From the NCBI RefSeq assembly GCF_964355755.1, contig NC_092673.1, positions 24,053,648 through 24,117,647 of the forward strand: DNA of 64,000 nt, given 5' to 3'. The notes beneath the pieces were generated by a model that did no database searches, was not told the DNA's origin, and saw only the letters and a program-made list of their open reading frames with translations. Source of the DNA: Antedon mediterranea (Eukaryota; Animalia; Echinodermata). The translations under genes were made by a program, and so were the position numbers. This document shows, piece after piece, positions 61,001-64,000 of the stretch (its first letter is position 1; every line of letters begins with the position of its first letter).

Positions 61001-63859
61001 TGCCAGCTGGTTGAAGACGAGGGACGCTCGAGGGCATTGAGAGCAGCTAGATCGCTGGGAGAGCGTACGGTGACAGAACTCATTCTTCAGCATCAGAATC
61101 CTCAACAGTTGTCGGCCAATCTATGGGCTGCGGTACGCGGAAGGGGATGCCAGTTTCTTGGCCCAGGTACAATTTTAATGTACTCTAGTTAAAAATAACT
61201 TGTGATTATCGGATATCAATTCTTATTAAGTTATCTTTTTGGGCAAACTTTATATAGAAAGTAGTATACCCCCACCTTAAATAAACGCCTCTCCCAGATA
61301 TTATGCCCCTCCCTCTATAGAATAGAATTTTCAACCCCCCCCCCCCCTCAAATAAACACCCCCGGGATCTTTATTTATTACCTTAAATAAACGCCCCACC
61401 AAATGCATACATACACAATATTGCATTACATCACATTTCTATTTTTAGTAGAATTCATTGACATGAAAAAAATTAAAAATTACCATTAAATTGTTACGAT
61501 ATCACTTCTCGATACTGTGTTTTTTGTTTCTAGAGGGTATTTATACATGTTACCATATTAATAAAAGACTCCTCCAGATAAAGGAGCCCTTGAACACCCC
61601 CACACCACCAACAACCCTGGGGCATATTCAAATAAATACGGTAATACGATAAAATGTAAATTTTAATACTTGTTTATTTCAGCAATGCAAGAGGAAACAT
61701 TAAAACTGGTACTATTGGCGTTAGAGGATGGAACAGCCTTGTCTAGGAAAGTTCTTGTACTATTTGTCGTTCAAAGACTAGAGCCTCAATTCCCTCAAGC
61801 ATCAAAGACGAGCGTAGGCCATGTTGTGCAGTTACTATACAGAGCGTCATGTTTTAAAGTCACCAAACGTGATGCGGATTCATCACTCATGCAGTTAAAA
61901 GAGGAGGTATGCTTTATATACACCTTGTTTAATTTGTAAATACTATATTTGGAAAAAGCCACAAGGCTCGAGCTAGGTGTAAATTACATTATTTCATATG
62001 CTATGCAAAAGAGAGTTTTCAGCAACTGTTTGAAGATGTTCAATTTCTTAAATTATGGGCGAGAATATTTATTAATTAAGAATGTGTTTTTGTCTGCTTT
62101 TCTAGTTCCGCAATTATGAAGCTCTCCGTCGAGAGCATGACGCTCAGATTGTCCAGATTGCGATGGAAGCTGGACTGCGTATTTCACCAGAACAATGGTC
62201 ATCTCTCCTGTATGGAGACTTAAATCACAAGTCACACATGCAGTCTATAATAGATAAGGTAAAGCTCTGTCTGTACTATCAAACTTTATGTGTCTATATA
62301 TGGACATGATGTCATATCAGTACCATGTTTGGGCATATCACTACCATATTTGGGCACATTAAATTTTTTTTTTTCAAACTAGTTTGATAGTGTAGACAGA
62401 GCTTTAGATTGTTTACAATGAACACTGCTTTTATTTGTTATGCTTTTAATCACTCTAGCTCATCACTAAAACTGCATGTTTGATCATGTCAGGAATTTAC
62501 ACAATTAAGATATTTATTATAAATTCATTAAAACCCCTACTAAGGGGACATCTTTAGGACCCAACACTGTCTTTTTAATAGGAAATTTTATGGAAATGGT
62601 GTTGGCAAGTGTTGCCTGAATAGTAGGATTTCTACTATAGAAAAAGAAAAAAATACATTATTTAAACAAAATAATAGAGTGGCTGAGTAGTTTTGTGCCC
62701 TATAAACTTGTCCATCCGGCTGGGTTCGAGTTGCAGACTTGATGTAGTAGTAGAACAATTATTTAAAAACTTTTTAGAGGACTAATTTTAGAGGAAATAT
62801 TAACCTGTGAGCCGACAATTTTGTTAAATTATGGGATTTCCAACTTTTTTGGACTTTTTTTCTATAAAATCATTGTACTTTTAACCCAAATGAATTCTTT
62901 ATCACAAGGTAATGACCTTCTGCCGAACACATAGAAACAAGAACATTATGCATTTTCATAATTAAACCTTTTCTTTTACAGCTACAGACACCTGCTTCAT
63001 TTTCCTCAAGCATCAATGAGTTGACAATAGCATTACAGCGTTCAGGGGATCCAGGCAACTTGAAATTACTACAACAACACCTGGAATACCTGGCAGAGAT
63101 TGATGGTAGCACAGGTATGCAAATCACAATTTTCTTGTTCAAATCAAGTATACTTACATTTTGGCCATGATTTCTGGCGATGCAGTAGACACCTGTACTG
63201 TACACCTAAAAAAATTGATCACTGTTCGTAAAATAATGGAAATGCTGTATGAAATGTGAAGCCAAGTGGTTTTGAGGTTTTCGGTAATTTAAAGATTCTT
63301 AGTTAGTCCTATATTACTATTTTATTGTTTTAATCATGCCTCAATAAAAGTTTGAATTCAATTCAATAGAACTTTATTATCCCGCAAACCCCAGGGAAAT
63401 TCATTTGGTTGTGGTGATACAGTTTCATAAAAACAACTAAAAAGGCAAGAGCACTATAATCATAATAAAAATCTAAAATGTGTTAAAAAACACAGAGAGA
63501 AACAAATAGCACACAAGTAAATTCAGGTTTATAAGTTCCAATGATCAATAAAAAGTGTATAAAAAAAGTTAAAAGATTCAGTGAAAAACGATGAGCAGTT
63601 TGTCACGACAACCTTGTCGCCACACGTGCAGCGCCATAAGCTGCCAATGTAATTTATTTTAATGAATATTTAGTGAAAAATAATAGGTATAGTATAATAT
63701 ATTGTTCATTATTTTGTGTTACTATTTTTGTTTAAAGAGAGCAGTGTGCCTTCCTGGGAAGAGTGTGAACATGCAATGAGTGCTGTCAAGTTGATTGTTC
63801 AGGGCTTTGTAGATTTTGCACAGAATTTTAGTCACACAAGAAAAACAATCAACCAACAG
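58019..63859 (+). CDS. RC3H1: Roquin (RING finger + ROQ domain RNA-binding E3 ligase), 5' part; exons 58019-58367, 60933-61166, 61683-61906, 62106-62258, 62982-63114, 63738-63859, continuing beyond the window
   Basis: [37 protein letters not shown] (RING); [50 protein letters not shown]; [35 protein letters not shown]; [34 protein letters not shown]. All exon phases are consistent. Probably the single invertebrate co-ortholog of RC3H1/RC3H2. Confidence 0.97.
58460..58915. mobile_element. Two family-B MITEs in opposite orientation (58460-58585, 58768-58915)
   Basis: TIR AGCTCTGTCTACACTATCAAACT and an interior matching 12054-12195. Confidence 0.8.
62263..62403. mobile_element. Family-B MITE inserted at a Roquin splice donor
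   Basis: AAG|GTAA-AGCTCTGTCTGTACTATCAAACT ... AGTTTGATAGTGTAGACAGAGCT-TTA. Confidence 0.85.
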
Positions 63860-64000
63860 GTAAATAATGATGCTGATTGATACTGATTAGGTTTTTAGTT
63901 AGTTTAGTCGATACTCGTTTGGCCCATTTAGACTTAGGCTAACCCTTGTGGTTGTTGAACTGGTAGGGCAGAGCCAGATACAGTTGTTTCTATCTCTGAA

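Overview
AT-rich eukaryotic (animal) genomic DNA with GT-AG spliced genes. A Deu/Nin-type SINE and Link-module proteins point to an invertebrate deuterostome, possibly an echinoderm (inference). From left to right it contains: the 3' end of a raw/olrn-1-like gene; a myristoylation-motif coiled-coil gene (9.1-10.7 kb, -); a Harbinger-type MITE left end carrying a solo LTR and a 20 x 77-bp tandem array; a truncated LINE; two tandem secreted PAN + triple Link-like genes; an apparently orphan ~295-aa gene with three alternative CCC-encoding first exons, tail-to-tail with a decayed inverted paralog whose exon 3 is quadruplicated; the matching right end of the MITE at 41.7 kb; a second myristoylation-motif coiled-coil paralog (-); and the 5' half of Roquin (+). 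Introns and intergenic DNA hold many non-autonomous DNA transposons (Harbinger, Kolobok-like, hAT-like, Helentron-like) and SINEs. Gene models were assembled by hand from splice sites and reading phase. No database searches were run.
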